Assembly (NCBI GenBank): GCA_964348105.1
Contig: CAYGBP010000008.1
Span: 3,663-42,983, forward strand
Source of the DNA: an uncultured Nitrospirota bacterium
Lineage (GTDB): Bacteria; Nitrospirota; Nitrospiria; DATECO01
Length of the DNA stretch: 39,321 bases
Direction of reading: 5' to 3'
Part shown: in pieces, positions 17,163 through 25,917 of the stretch
Numbering within the stretch: the stretch's first letter is position 1
Layout of the letters: every line of letters begins with the position of its first letter
Notes under the pieces: generated by a model
Database searches by the model: none
Told to the model about the DNA's origin: nothing
The model's input: only the letters and a program-made list of their open reading frames with translations
Program-made: the position numbers and the translations under genes

Positions 17163-18224
17163 TTGACGTTTCATGAATTTGAGGCTAACCTTTGGGTTGT
17201 CTTCAATTCCTGGTTTTCTCCGCAGCGGGGTGTCGCCATCGGTTTCCCATCGGTCATTACGTCTCCCAAATGGGGCATTTTGACGCTCGCCCTGTTCTTT
17301 CTGCCGGGGTGCACGGACCGGGGGGATTCGGCAGCCGCGCGGGAAAACGAGGGAACCCCCCTTTCCCAGAAAATCGACATCGTTCCCTTCCTGGATTCCA
17401 AGCGGCTTTTCCTTCGCTCGGACGTTGCCCTCGTGGCTGACAGCAGGGACGGGAGCATTCTATACGAAAGGAAGGCCGATATTCGCAGGCCGATCGCCTC
17501 CCTCACGAAGCTGATGACCGCCATGGTCATCTTGGACAAGGGTCTACCGATGAATGAAATCATTGCGATCACGAAGGCCGATCGCGACCGATTGCGGGGT
17601 TCGGGGTCCAGGCTCAGCTTCGGAAGTTGGCTGACGCGCGAGGATCTCATCAGAATCACGCTGGCGGGTTCGGACAATCGTGCCGCGGCCGCCCTGGGTC
17701 GGACTTACCCGGGCGGTACGAAGGCATTCGTGGCGGCGATGAATGACACGGCTGCGCGGCTGGAGATGCAGAGATCGGTCTTCGAAGATCCCGCGGGGCT
17801 GCGTCGCGGAAACCTTTCGACCGCCAGGGACCTGTCCATTCTGGCAAGGGCAGCCTACCGCTATCCGTTGATCCGGGAGGCGACCACCGCCGGGCAGGGT
17901 CTGGTGGTCGATCAGCAAAAGGGTCGGGCCATTGAATTCATGAATACCAACCGACTGGTTCGAAGCGCGATTTGGAACATTTCCTTGGGCAAGACCGGCT
18001 ATATTTCGGAAGCCGGACATTGCCTTCTGATGCGGGCCGAGGTCGCCGGCCGTCCGCTGATCATGGTTCTGCTCAACTCGTGGGGGGAGTTGAGTAAGTT
18101 CGGGGATGCCAACCGGATCCGAAAATGGCTTGAGCAGGCCCACGATCGAGCCCTTGAAGCTGTGGCCTCTCCAGATGAAGCCGCCGATTCCATATCGGCG
18201 CAGCCATCGGCGTTGGGTGAATAG
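17163..18224 (+). CDS. D-alanyl-D-alanine endopeptidase/carboxypeptidase (peptidase S11, PbpG-like)
   Basis: It has SxxK (IASLTKLMT), SxN (GSDNRAA) and KTG (GKTGYIS). A lipobox-like FLPGC lies at about residue 49. The TTG start at 17163 is uncertain. Confidence 0.85.
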   Translation: MTFHEFEANLWVVFNSWFSPQRGVAIGFPSVITSPKWGILTLALFFLPGCTDRGDSAAARENEGTPLSQKIDIVPFLDSKRLFLRSDVALVADSRDGSILYERKADIRRPIASLTKLMTAMVILDKGLPMNEIIAITKADRDRLRGSGSRLSFGSWLTREDLIRITLAGSDNRAAAALGRTYPGGTKAFVAAMNDTAARLEMQRSVFEDPAGLRRGNLSTARDLSILARAAYRYPLIREATTAGQGLVVDQQKGRAIEFMNTNRLVRSAIWNISLGKTGYISEAGHCLLMRAEVAGRPLIMVLLNSWGELSKFGDANRIRKWLEQAHDRALEAVASPDEAADSISAQPSALGE

Positions 18225-18388
18225 CATTTCGGAAATTAGAGGTCCGGAGCGCGTGGCTTGAACCTTTCCCTCGCCCCGTCAGATTAACAACACCTTCCGA
18301 ACCCGACATCGATTCTTCGTAACGGATCGGGGGCTCCCGCCATGCGCTTTCTGACCTGGACAAGGCCCGGCGGGGCTAATGAACGCCT

Positions 18389-18583
18389 TCAGGGTGATGG
18401 GGATTCCAGGTCCCGCCCTTTGACGGTCTTTCGGCCGTCCGCCTTGGCCCGTTCGATGGCCGTCATGCAGAGCTGTTCCACTTTCTGGCTCAGCGCGTCG
18501 ATCAATTCAGCCGAGGTATTAAATCCTGATTTTTCCCGGACAAACTTCTTGACCTTGGAAGTGACGACCAGAATATCGGACAT
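18389..18583 (-). CDS. Bacterial histone-fold protein (singlet, alpha3-truncated; Bd0055/HBb- and DUF1931-like)
   Basis: The 64-aa product is MSDILVVTSKVKKFVREKSGFNTSAELIDALSQKVEQLCMTAIERAKADGRKTVKGRDLESPSP. It shows helix1, loop, a long helix2 and then the GRKTV..RD L2 motif shared with archaeal histones (HMfB ...AGRKTIKAEDI). The SD AGGAGGG lies upstream. Confidence 0.75.
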   Translation of the reverse strand: MSDILVVTSKVKKFVREKSGFNTSAELIDALSQKVEQLCMTAIERAKADGRKTVKGRDLESPSP

Positions 18584-18637
18584 AGCGCCCTCCTGTTTGA
18601 GTCAGCAGAACCGATGCGTGCCCTGGTTCAGAGGCGT

Positions 18638-18667
18638 ATTATATCCAAATGCACCGGGATTGAACAA
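18638..18667 (-). promoter_or_regulatory. Strong sigma70-type promoter for the histone-fold gene
   Basis: The minus strand reads TTGTTC (18667-18662), an 18-nt spacer, then TATAAT (18643-18638). It lies about 55 nt upstream of the ATG. Confidence 0.5.
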
Positions 18668-18840
18668 GGGGAAGCCCGGATTAAACTCCAGAAAATAAAG
18701 GCGGGGACCGGCTCCCCCCTTGATGGGCCCGTGAGTCGCCCGGCAGCCGGTCAAGGCTTAGGCCCGGGTTGCCGAGACCTTGACTGTCGGCCGGAAAATT
18801 GATTAATGTATATCAGCTCCATGGGTGAGGCCCTGCGCGG

Positions 18841-19377
18841 ATGCAGCAAATGACCATCCATCCCGGTGAAGGAAAGGTTCAGCGGCGCAAATTCCTGAAG
18901 GGATTGGGTTCCCTGGGGATCGGTCTGCTGATTGGGCCACTGGCCGTTCGGGCGGTGGTGGCGGCCGAGGCCGTCCGGGCCTTTCCGGTGAGTCGGACGG
19001 AGGCCGAATGGCGCAGCATTCTCGAGCCGGAGCAGTATCGCGTTCTGCGCGAGGAATGGACCGAGCCGCCGTTTCAAAATAAATACCACGACCACAAGGA
19101 AAGAGGCATCTATCACTGCGCCGGTTGCGATCAGCCTCTTTTTTCATGGCGGCACAAGTACGACAGCCGCACCGGGTGGCCCAGTTTCTATCAACCCATG
19201 TTTTCCGACGCTGTCGGCACAAGGACCGATTGGAAACTCCTTTATCCCAGGACCGAGGTTCACTGTGCGCGCTGCGGCGGTCACCTGGGGCATATTTTCA
19301 AGGACGGGCCGGCGCCGACTTACCTGCGTTATTGCATCAATTCGGCCGCACTGATCTTCAAACCCTCGCGCGGTTGA
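18841..19377 (+). CDS. msrB: Peptide-methionine (R)-S-oxide reductase MsrB with a twin-arginine (Tat) signal peptide
   Basis: Tat motif QRRKFLKGLGSLGIGLL. The SelR domain has two CxxC zinc pairs (HCAGCDQPLF, HCARCGGHLGHIF) and the catalytic RYCINS. Confidence 0.9.
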   Translation: MQQMTIHPGEGKVQRRKFLKGLGSLGIGLLIGPLAVRAVVAAEAVRAFPVSRTEAEWRSILEPEQYRVLREEWTEPPFQNKYHDHKERGIYHCAGCDQPLFSWRHKYDSRTGWPSFYQPMFSDAVGTRTDWKLLYPRTEVHCARCGGHLGHIFKDGPAPTYLRYCINSAALIFKPSRG

Positions 19378-19584
19378 TCATTGAATTGGAGCGAATCTGT
19401 CACGGTTTGACGGTGACACCGGCTGATGCTTTCTATGATCCCTTGACCCGGTCATGATCAAACCGCCACTACCCGAAGACGAAGCCACCCCGCTCGAAAA
19501 CCTGGAAAGGCTGGGGATTCGCTTCACGCTTGCCGAAGAGCGTTTCAAAGTGATTGAGCAATTGTCCTCGGGAGGAGGTGCGGA

Positions 19585-20058
19585 TTGAAGACCTTCGGCA
19601 TTATTGGCGGTACAATCCTCGTGATCGTGCTTCTGGTGTATTTCGCGGGCGGGCGGGAAAGGGACAAGCTAAGAGATCTAATGGTCAATAACAGCTGCTA
19701 CACCGAGGCCATGGAGTCTTTTCACCGCACCGCGACGTCCCGAGAACTGGATAGCGCGAAGAGGGCCGATGAGATCACGGCCCTTTTCACGGAATTCATG
19801 GAGAAAGGCAAAGAGATCAATTTCGACAGGGTGATGGACCTTCCCAATGACAAAAAGGTTTCCTGGGTGAATGCCGTCACGCGGGAAATCGAAGAAACTT
19901 GTCCGGCGAGGATCCAAGAGGATTTCGAGGTTCGCTGTTACGTATCGACCCTGCTGAACTTCTCCAATTCGCAGGCCGCTGCCTTGAACCGGATGATGGC
20001 CGCTGAGGCGAGGCAGAAGGACGTCTTCAAGGGCCTTTGCATTCAGAAGAGGGCTTAG
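19585..20058 (+). CDS. Single-pass membrane-anchored protein, function unknown
   Basis: 157 aa with a TTG start preceded by GGGAGGAGG. It has an N-terminal TM (FGIIGGTILVIVLLVYF) and 4 Cys in the soluble part. Confidence 0.55.
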   Translation: MKTFGIIGGTILVIVLLVYFAGGRERDKLRDLMVNNSCYTEAMESFHRTATSRELDSAKRADEITALFTEFMEKGKEINFDRVMDLPNDKKVSWVNAVTREIEETCPARIQEDFEVRCYVSTLLNFSNSQAAALNRMMAAEARQKDVFKGLCIQKRA

Positions 20059-20095
20059 GCCGGATTGCGGTGAGGCGGAAAAAAGGGGCTTCGCG

Positions 20096-20689
20096 ATGAG
20101 GCAAATCGTCAGTTTATCCTGCACGAGTCGGCCGGAAAATTATACTGTTCGTGCGCTATCTGTCGTCAATGACGAGCTGCGGGTCCAGGGGGCTGAGCCG
20201 ATCATGTTCGATGGCCGGAAGATGGAGCTGGCCTTCCCCGGGCAGCCTTCCACCAAGGACGCGAACAAGCTTCGCGGGGCGATTGAGGGAGCAACAGGCG
20301 TGATCCTGGCGACGCCCGAATATCACGGAAGCTTTTCGGCCATGGCCAAATTGTTTATCGAAAACCTTGGATTTCCTTCCGCGCTGTCGGGCAAGCCCGT
20401 GGCACTTCTCGGCGTGGCGGCCGGGAGGATCGGCGCGATCAAGTCGATCGAGCACCTGAAAGGCGTGTGCTCGCATGTCGGGGCGATCGTCGTTCCGGGT
20501 GCCGTATCCGTAGCAGGGGTCCAATCCGTGTTCGGAGAGGATGGCGCGTGCACCGATCCAGGAACGGAAAAGGCCCTGAGGGGTCTGGCGCATGCATTGC
20601 TGGCCTTTATCAAAGACTATGTCTGCCCGCGCTTCGCCATGGAAGAAATGGTGCGGAGCGGAGCAAAACCCTGGTCGACGAATATCTGA
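20096..20689 (+). CDS. NAD(P)H-dependent FMN reductase family oxidoreductase
   Basis: The family motif is GVILATPEYHGSFSAMAKLFIENL. The overall length and a flavodoxin-like pattern also fit. Confidence 0.8.
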   Translation: MRQIVSLSCTSRPENYTVRALSVVNDELRVQGAEPIMFDGRKMELAFPGQPSTKDANKLRGAIEGATGVILATPEYHGSFSAMAKLFIENLGFPSALSGKPVALLGVAAGRIGAIKSIEHLKGVCSHVGAIVVPGAVSVAGVQSVFGEDGACTDPGTEKALRGLAHALLAFIKDYVCPRFAMEEMVRSGAKPWSTNI

Positions 20690-20716
20690 TTCGGTGATGG
20701 GCGCGGGAGGATTCTG

Positions 20717-21088
20717 ATGGAGAAAACGGAAACCGGTGGGCTGCTATTGTGCATGGTTCTATTCGGCATCGGAATTGGAACGGGCACCCCGGTTCGGGCG
20801 GAGGATGCCATGGTGACCTTGAAATCGGGCGGCCGGGATTTCTCCCCGAAAAAGGTGCAGATCCGGGTCGGTGAGCGTGTGACCTGGAAAAACCCCACAA
20901 ACGAAGTCCATTCCGTCACCTCGTTTGCCACCGATTCCGTTTCCCAATCGGGGGGCGAGAATCCGGAGATTAACAAGCTGGTCAGGCCCGGGGAAAGGTA
21001 CTCGCACCGGTTTTCCGTTGCGGGATCCTATTTTTACTACTGTCCCATTCATCAGGGGATGTGGGGGACGGTCGTTGTCGTGGAGTGA
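20717..21088 (+). CDS. Secreted type-1 (blue) copper protein, plastocyanin/pseudoazurin-like cupredoxin
   Basis: It has a signal peptide. Putative copper ligands are His in NEVHSVTS and the C-x2-H-x3-M stretch YYCPIHQGMWGTVVV. Confidence 0.85.
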   Translation: MEKTETGGLLLCMVLFGIGIGTGTPVRAEDAMVTLKSGGRDFSPKKVQIRVGERVTWKNPTNEVHSVTSFATDSVSQSGGENPEINKLVRPGERYSHRFSVAGSYFYYCPIHQGMWGTVVVVE

Positions 21089-21137
21089 AGTGAAAGTCCC
21101 TTAGCGGGGCCGTGGCATTCCCCAGGCCTTCGGTCAA

Positions 21138-22052
21138 TCAAATATCGACCCAAATTCCAAGCGTGATGTGAAACTCCGTGTCCTGAAAGAATTCGGCCAT
21201 GGGGGGGCGGCCGCGGTAAACCTCGATTCCGACCCGGTGCATCCGGTGTCCCGTGGGTAGAAAAAGGCCGGTTTGAAAGGCGAGGTCCACCTTCCAGTCG
21301 CGCTCCTGCATCGAGGAGGCGTCAATCGCGGCGTACCATCCCAGCAGGTCGTCCCACACGACTCTCGGAAACTCGTATTCCAGTCCGGCCTGCAGCCGGC
21401 CGGGTTCCTGTAGATCTTCATTGCCCGGTTCGTATCCGATGCCCGCTTCGCCGTAGGTCCGGGAATGCGCAGATAATTTTTTGCTGACACCTAAAGCGAT
21501 CTCCCGTCGCGTATAATTGATCCGCTGACGGCCGGTTTCCTCGACAAATTCATCACCCACATGGCTGGAGAGATGCAGTGCCGAGAATTTGTAGGACCAA
21601 CCCCCATGGGTCGCGGCCGTCACGTACCATCCGAAGTTTCCGTCCCACCCGATGTTGTCCTGCTTGTTCTCCAGATCGAAATAACCGTCGAAGCCGGCCT
21701 CAAAGCTCAACTGCAGGCCCAGTTCGGGTTGATTCTCGGGGTGTCGGCGAAAGACCCCGAATCGGCCGCCGCCTTTCAGCCCGATTCGACGGTCTCCGGC
21801 GCCGGCAATATCACCATGGATCAGAGAGACGATCTGGACGCTGAACCCGACCCTTTGCGGGTCGGCGATATAGGGTTTGTACAAGTCTCCCCTGGGGAGA
21901 AGCTGGATGACATGGTCCGCCTGGGGGATCTGCAGTCTGGACGCGTCCGTTTCCTCCTCGAGGGGTCCGTGCGCGCCGGCAGTTGCGGCCAGAAGCAGCA
22001 GACAAAGGCCGCCTGCCATCTTGAAGAGCAATGGGCTCAAGGTGTTTGACAT
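21138..22052 (-). CDS. DUF1207-family outer-membrane protein (paralog 1)
   Basis: Signal peptide MSNTLSPLLFKMAGGLCLLLLAATAGAHG. The family motif is LLPRGDLYKPYIADPQRVGFS. The body is rich in beta-strands and aromatics. The track ORF extends to 22094. Confidence 0.7.
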   Translation of the reverse strand: MSNTLSPLLFKMAGGLCLLLLAATAGAHGPLEEETDASRLQIPQADHVIQLLPRGDLYKPYIADPQRVGFSVQIVSLIHGDIAGAGDRRIGLKGGGRFGVFRRHPENQPELGLQLSFEAGFDGYFDLENKQDNIGWDGNFGWYVTAATHGGWSYKFSALHLSSHVGDEFVEETGRQRINYTRREIALGVSKKLSAHSRTYGEAGIGYEPGNEDLQEPGRLQAGLEYEFPRVVWDDLLGWYAAIDASSMQERDWKVDLAFQTGLFLPTGHRMHRVGIEVYRGRPPMAEFFQDTEFHITLGIWVDI

Positions 22053-22249
22053 GATGGCGTACGATCCTCCGTATGTCGCCGATGCACGGGGCATATTCCG
22101 GTCAGCGGGTGGTGCCCGATTGCCCGATAGATTAGCCGGTTTACCGCGGGGCAGTCAATCATCTTGAGTCCGTCCGAGCACGTCTCATGGGTATTTCCGG
22201 CAAGTGCGGGAGGACATCGTTGATCGTCGGAGGAGCAGGTCGAGTTGCC

Positions 22250-23503
22250 TTAGAAATGAAACCCGCCCGAAACAAAAAAAGTGTAAGCCGTGGCCTTTAC
22301 CCGGTACCGCAGTCCAGTATTCGCATCTTTGCTTTCTCCGAAACCGTAGGTAAATTTGAAACCGAAATCCAGACGCGCGATCTCATCGATGAGGCCCGTG
22401 CCGATGGAGATTCCATAGAAATCGACGTGGTCAGCCTGCTCGACCGGTTGGGGATTCAGCACGGGTGCCGCCGTTCGACGGATTGGGATCCGGGGCGTGA
22501 TTAGTTGCTCGACCCCCAGGGCGCCGTTGAAGACCGGGTCGAATTCGACCTGATGGGTGAAATCGGCAAAATCGCCCGAATGGTGATAGGAAAGGTCCGC
22601 CGACAGGGTGGTGCCCGGCCAAGGACGGAACGATACTCCGGCGGTCATTCCCAAGGGACGTCTGGCCGACTCCTTCCGGGTCCCTTCCGTAAAGGTGCGC
22701 GTGAAAGATCCGGTGACGCCGTCGAAGAGATAGGATCGGTCCTGATAATCGATTTCCTGGCGAAGAAAGGCCGGCGTTCTGATCACGAAGCCGACGGCAT
22801 AGATGTCGGAGGGCCGGTAGAGGAGCCCGACCTGTCCAAATCCTCCGTGTGTGGTGGTGTCGCGCCGCTTAAGCTCTTCGAGCTGGATCGTGGGGGTTTG
22901 AATTCCGAAATAGACGGTCTGGTCCAGCTGGAACTTTTCGTACCAATAGTAGGCAGTCAGCCCGACCATCAATCCCGAATAGGGCTCAAAAGCAACCGAC
23001 GGCCCGATCATGTAGACCTCCTGCTTCCCGGAAAAATCGGCGATGATCGAATCCCAGACGAAACCTACGGCCGTGACGCCGCCGAAACGGTTGGTGGAAT
23101 CGAAATGCGTATTGGCCGGGACGATCACCGACACCCCCGCCCAGGCGTTTCGAACCCGCTTGACGGCTGCCCAGGAGCTGGGGAAAAAGGTCTCGCCTGT
23201 AATCTCCAGGTCATGTCCGAAAAGCCTATTCTTGATCGTAAGGGATTGGAGCTCGAAAGCGTTTGCTGAGAGCGAGAAGGTGGGTTTCTCCAGTTGGGCA
23301 AGTCCTGCCGGGTTGTAGTAGGCCGCTGTGGGATCGTCGGCCACGGCGGTGAATGCCCCGCCCATCTGGGCCGCGCGTCCCCCCGGCCATACGTCGAAAT
23401 ACCTTACCGGTACCGCGTGAGCCATAGCCGGGGCCAGGATCAGGAGCGCGAGGCAGAAAAGCCATAGCCTCAATTGATTCGGATGTTGAGGAACCAACGG
23501 CAT
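22250..23503 (-). CDS. Outer-membrane transport protein of the OMPP1/FadL/TodX family
   Basis: 417 aa with a signal peptide ending PAMAHA. It has AAYYNPAGLA (the FadL NPA motif) and ends in a beta-barrel terminal signature, SGGFHF. Confidence 0.85.
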   Translation of the reverse strand: MPLVPQHPNQLRLWLFCLALLILAPAMAHAVPVRYFDVWPGGRAAQMGGAFTAVADDPTAAYYNPAGLAQLEKPTFSLSANAFELQSLTIKNRLFGHDLEITGETFFPSSWAAVKRVRNAWAGVSVIVPANTHFDSTNRFGGVTAVGFVWDSIIADFSGKQEVYMIGPSVAFEPYSGLMVGLTAYYWYEKFQLDQTVYFGIQTPTIQLEELKRRDTTTHGGFGQVGLLYRPSDIYAVGFVIRTPAFLRQEIDYQDRSYLFDGVTGSFTRTFTEGTRKESARRPLGMTAGVSFRPWPGTTLSADLSYHHSGDFADFTHQVEFDPVFNGALGVEQLITPRIPIRRTAAPVLNPQPVEQADHVDFYGISIGTGLIDEIARLDFGFKFTYGFGESKDANTGLRYRVKATAYTFFVSGGFHF

Positions 23504-23830
23504 CGCTGACGGCCATCCCAGGATTTAACTGCCCTAAAGACAGGCGGACTTTGGCCGGAGAATCACCTTCGGCCGGTACGCCCCCTGACTTATCTAGTTT
23601 AGCCGAACTTTCTGTTTTTGGGAAAATTGGGAATGATCGTGGGCCGGAGCCATTCTGGGGTCGAACGGCGGGACCAGCCGCAGGACCGTTCGATGGGATG
23701 ATTCCGGCTGATGCGGGGAGGAAGAAGCCTGCGCAAGCGAGCCCCCGGGCTTAGCGGATTCGGGGTTTCGGAATGAGCCTGATTTTCTGGTGAACGATCG
23801 CGGCGGGCCGTCGGCACATCTTGACGGGCC

Positions 23831-24265
23831 TTATCCCGTATGACCGAATCCCCCGTCACCGCGACTTGTTTCGGTAAGGGAATCGGTGGTCTGCAGGCCG
23901 ACCCGGACGACGGTGGTGATGACCCCCTGTTCGTTCCGGTCGCCGGCCCGGACGGTGAAGAGCTGCTCCCCCATCTTGGCCAGGATGACACCGACCTCCC
24001 CGCGGTAATCCGAGTCTACCGTACCGGGAGCGTTCAGAACGAAGATCCCGTGTTTGAGCGCCAAGCCACTTCTCGATCGGACCTGTATCTCGTGGCCGGG
24101 GGGCAGCTCGAAGACCAGGCCGGTTCGCACCAGGGACCATTTTCCGGCTGGGATGATCGTATCATGGCCGGCATGCAGATCGAATCCGGACGATCCGGCG
24201 GTCTGATAGGATGGGATCCGTCCGTTTCCGACCCGTTTTACCTTGATCGAAAGAATTTCTTCCAT
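23831..24265 (-). CDS. dut: dUTP diphosphatase
   Basis: It has the dUTPase motifs AGSSGFDL, RSRSGLALKHGI, GTVDSDYRGEV and the C-terminal RGDGGFGHTG. Confidence 0.9.
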   Translation of the reverse strand: MEEILSIKVKRVGNGRIPSYQTAGSSGFDLHAGHDTIIPAGKWSLVRTGLVFELPPGHEIQVRSRSGLALKHGIFVLNAPGTVDSDYRGEVGVILAKMGEQLFTVRAGDRNEQGVITTVVRVGLQTTDSLTETSRGDGGFGHTG

Positions 24266-24274
24266 TGTACCGGC

Positions 24275-24550
24275 TCAACCGAAGGTGTAATGCTTTCGCA
24301 CGGCGGCCTTGATTTCCCAGGTGCAGGACATCCCCTTGGGAAAGGTGACCAGATCTCCCTTGCCGACGCGGATGGGCTTTCCCCCTTCGGGCGTGACGGT
24401 GACGTCGCCCTCGAGGAAATAACAGGTCTCCTGCTCCTCGTAGGTCCATGGAAAGGCGGAGGCTTCCTTGGTCCAGATCGGCCAGGTCTTTACCTTCAAC
24501 ATCTCGAGCCGATCCGGTGGCGGCCGGTTCTCAATTTTAATCTCATCCAT
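24275..24550 (-). CDS. Small cupin (cupin_3 / DUF861-like) protein
   Basis: The 91-aa product includes WPIWTKEASAFPWTYEEQETCYFLEGDVTVTPEGGKPIRVGKGDLVTFPKGMSCTWEI. It ends 9 nt upstream of dut and is probably co-transcribed. Confidence 0.75.
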   Translation of the reverse strand: MDEIKIENRPPPDRLEMLKVKTWPIWTKEASAFPWTYEEQETCYFLEGDVTVTPEGGKPIRVGKGDLVTFPKGMSCTWEIKAAVRKHYTFG

Positions 24551-24673
24551 AAATGAGTCTTTCGCTTGAAGGATTCAACCCCTTTTAACCATGTTTGTTC
24601 CTTAAAAGTCAACTCGGCGGTATTCATCACACGCACAGAGCGCCGTTAGAGGACGGGGAAGAGAACAATTATC

Positions 24674-24702
24674 TTTACACGGGCATGGAGAAACATTAGA
24701 AT
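24674..24702 (+). promoter_or_regulatory. Candidate sigma70 promoter for DUF1207 paralog 2
   Basis: TTTACA (24674-24679), a 17-nt spacer, then TAGAAT (24697-24702). If it is used, the true start codon must lie downstream of the track ATG at 24701. Confidence 0.4.
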
Positions 24703-25810
24703 GGTCACGATTTTGCGCGGGAAACCTTGCCGAAGAAGAAGCGGCATATGGGGTATCACCGAAAGGGTAGTGTGTTTCTATTTAACCCGTCGGCTCGGTG
24801 TGGATGATTCGGGCAAATGGCTTCCTTTGGGAAAAAATAAGTCGATACGATTCAATTCCTGCGGCGCATTCAGCAAGAGTTGTTTGGCGGTATGGGCTGC
24901 GTTCTTGCTAAACGCCGGCATTGCCAATGGCCAGGAACCCTCGGAGAGTGTCCGCCAGCCCCATGACTGCCGGTATAAGTCCGAGTTTCCCGCCTCTCTT
25001 GCCGCTTCCGCCGGGAATCTAGACCGGCAGGTATTTCCAAACGGCGACCTCTTCCGGCCATTGATCGCCGATCCTAAACAACCCCAGTTTGTCATCAGCC
25101 GGCAACGCGTAAAGCCCAATCAGGGGGATGATTTCGTCGGGGCTTGGGTGGCCTACGGCGAAAATTTTGGGATCTACCGGGGGCGTCTACGGGGGCCAGG
25201 CGTTTGTAACGGATGGCAGATGAACATCAATGGAGGCGTTTTCGCTCAATTCAATGCGAGCGCGCCCTCCTCGGATTTGATCAATGCCGACTATGTGATC
25301 GGTTTCCCCCTCACCTTCCGGAAAAATGATTTTTCGGCCCGGTTAAGACTTTATCATCAAAGCTCTCACCTGGGGGACGAGTTTCTTCTCGGGTCGCCGG
25401 GCCTTCCACGCATCAACCTAAGTTTCGAGGAGATGGAATTTCTCATGTCGTATGAATGGCGTTACTTTCGGGTCTACGGCGGCGTCGGATACCTCGTCCG
25501 GCGGGAGCCTGAGCTCGACCGATTCCGAGCCCAATACGGGACCGAGTTGCGTTGGCCGATCCATCGGTGGTTCTATGAGCGCTTTGTGCCTTACCCGCTC
25601 TTCTGGGTGATGGGGGGTGATTTTAAGCAGTACCAGCAGCATGATTACGATTTGGATTACAGCCTCAAAGCGGGATTCGTCCTGGTGAACAACCTGTCGG
25701 ATCGCCGACTCAAAATCTTTCTTAATTTTTACAATGGCTTCAACCCCTTTGGACAATTCTACGACCAGGAACTCACTTCTTTTGGCTTTGAAATCAATTT
25801 CGGTTTCTGA
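24701..25810 (+). CDS. DUF1207-family outer-membrane protein (paralog 2); start uncertain
   Basis: The family motif is VFPNGDLFRPLIADPKQPQFV and the protein ends with a C-terminal aromatic (INFGF). The signal peptide (KSCLAVWAAFLLNAGIANG/QEP) begins only about residue 45. In-frame GTG 24800 or TTG 24827 are therefore more likely starts than ATG 24701. Confidence 0.7.
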   Translation: MVTILRGKPCRRRSGIWGITERVVCFYLTRRLGVDDSGKWLPLGKNKSIRFNSCGAFSKSCLAVWAAFLLNAGIANGQEPSESVRQPHDCRYKSEFPASLAASAGNLDRQVFPNGDLFRPLIADPKQPQFVISRQRVKPNQGDDFVGAWVAYGENFGIYRGRLRGPGVCNGWQMNINGGVFAQFNASAPSSDLINADYVIGFPLTFRKNDFSARLRLYHQSSHLGDEFLLGSPGLPRINLSFEEMEFLMSYEWRYFRVYGGVGYLVRREPELDRFRAQYGTELRWPIHRWFYERFVPYPLFWVMGGDFKQYQQHDYDLDYSLKAGFVLVNNLSDRRLKIFLNFYNGFNPFGQFYDQELTSFGFEINFGF

Positions 25811-25917
25811 GACGCGGGGGTTTGCTTTCTGTGCCGGTGCATGGAGTTGTTCCCAAGACTTCCAGCGCGCAATTTACTCTCTCCTTGGGGGAACCACCGG
25901 GCTCCGAATAGCAACCA

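Noticed and set aside
17544-18227. 227-aa minus-strand ORF
   Set aside because: It is antisense to the S11 peptidase gene, which carries the SxxK/SxN/KTG motifs.
22505-23269. 254-aa plus-strand ORF, and 23840-24556 (238 aa)
   Set aside because: They are antisense to the FadL-type gene and to dut/cupin respectively.
23661-23693. 8-bp inverted repeat TCGAACGG-N17-CCGTTCGA between dut and the FadL-type gene, considered as a terminator
   Set aside because: It has no flanking U-run on the transcribed (minus) strand and the loop is long. At most it is a weak candidate operator, which is not enough evidence to call.
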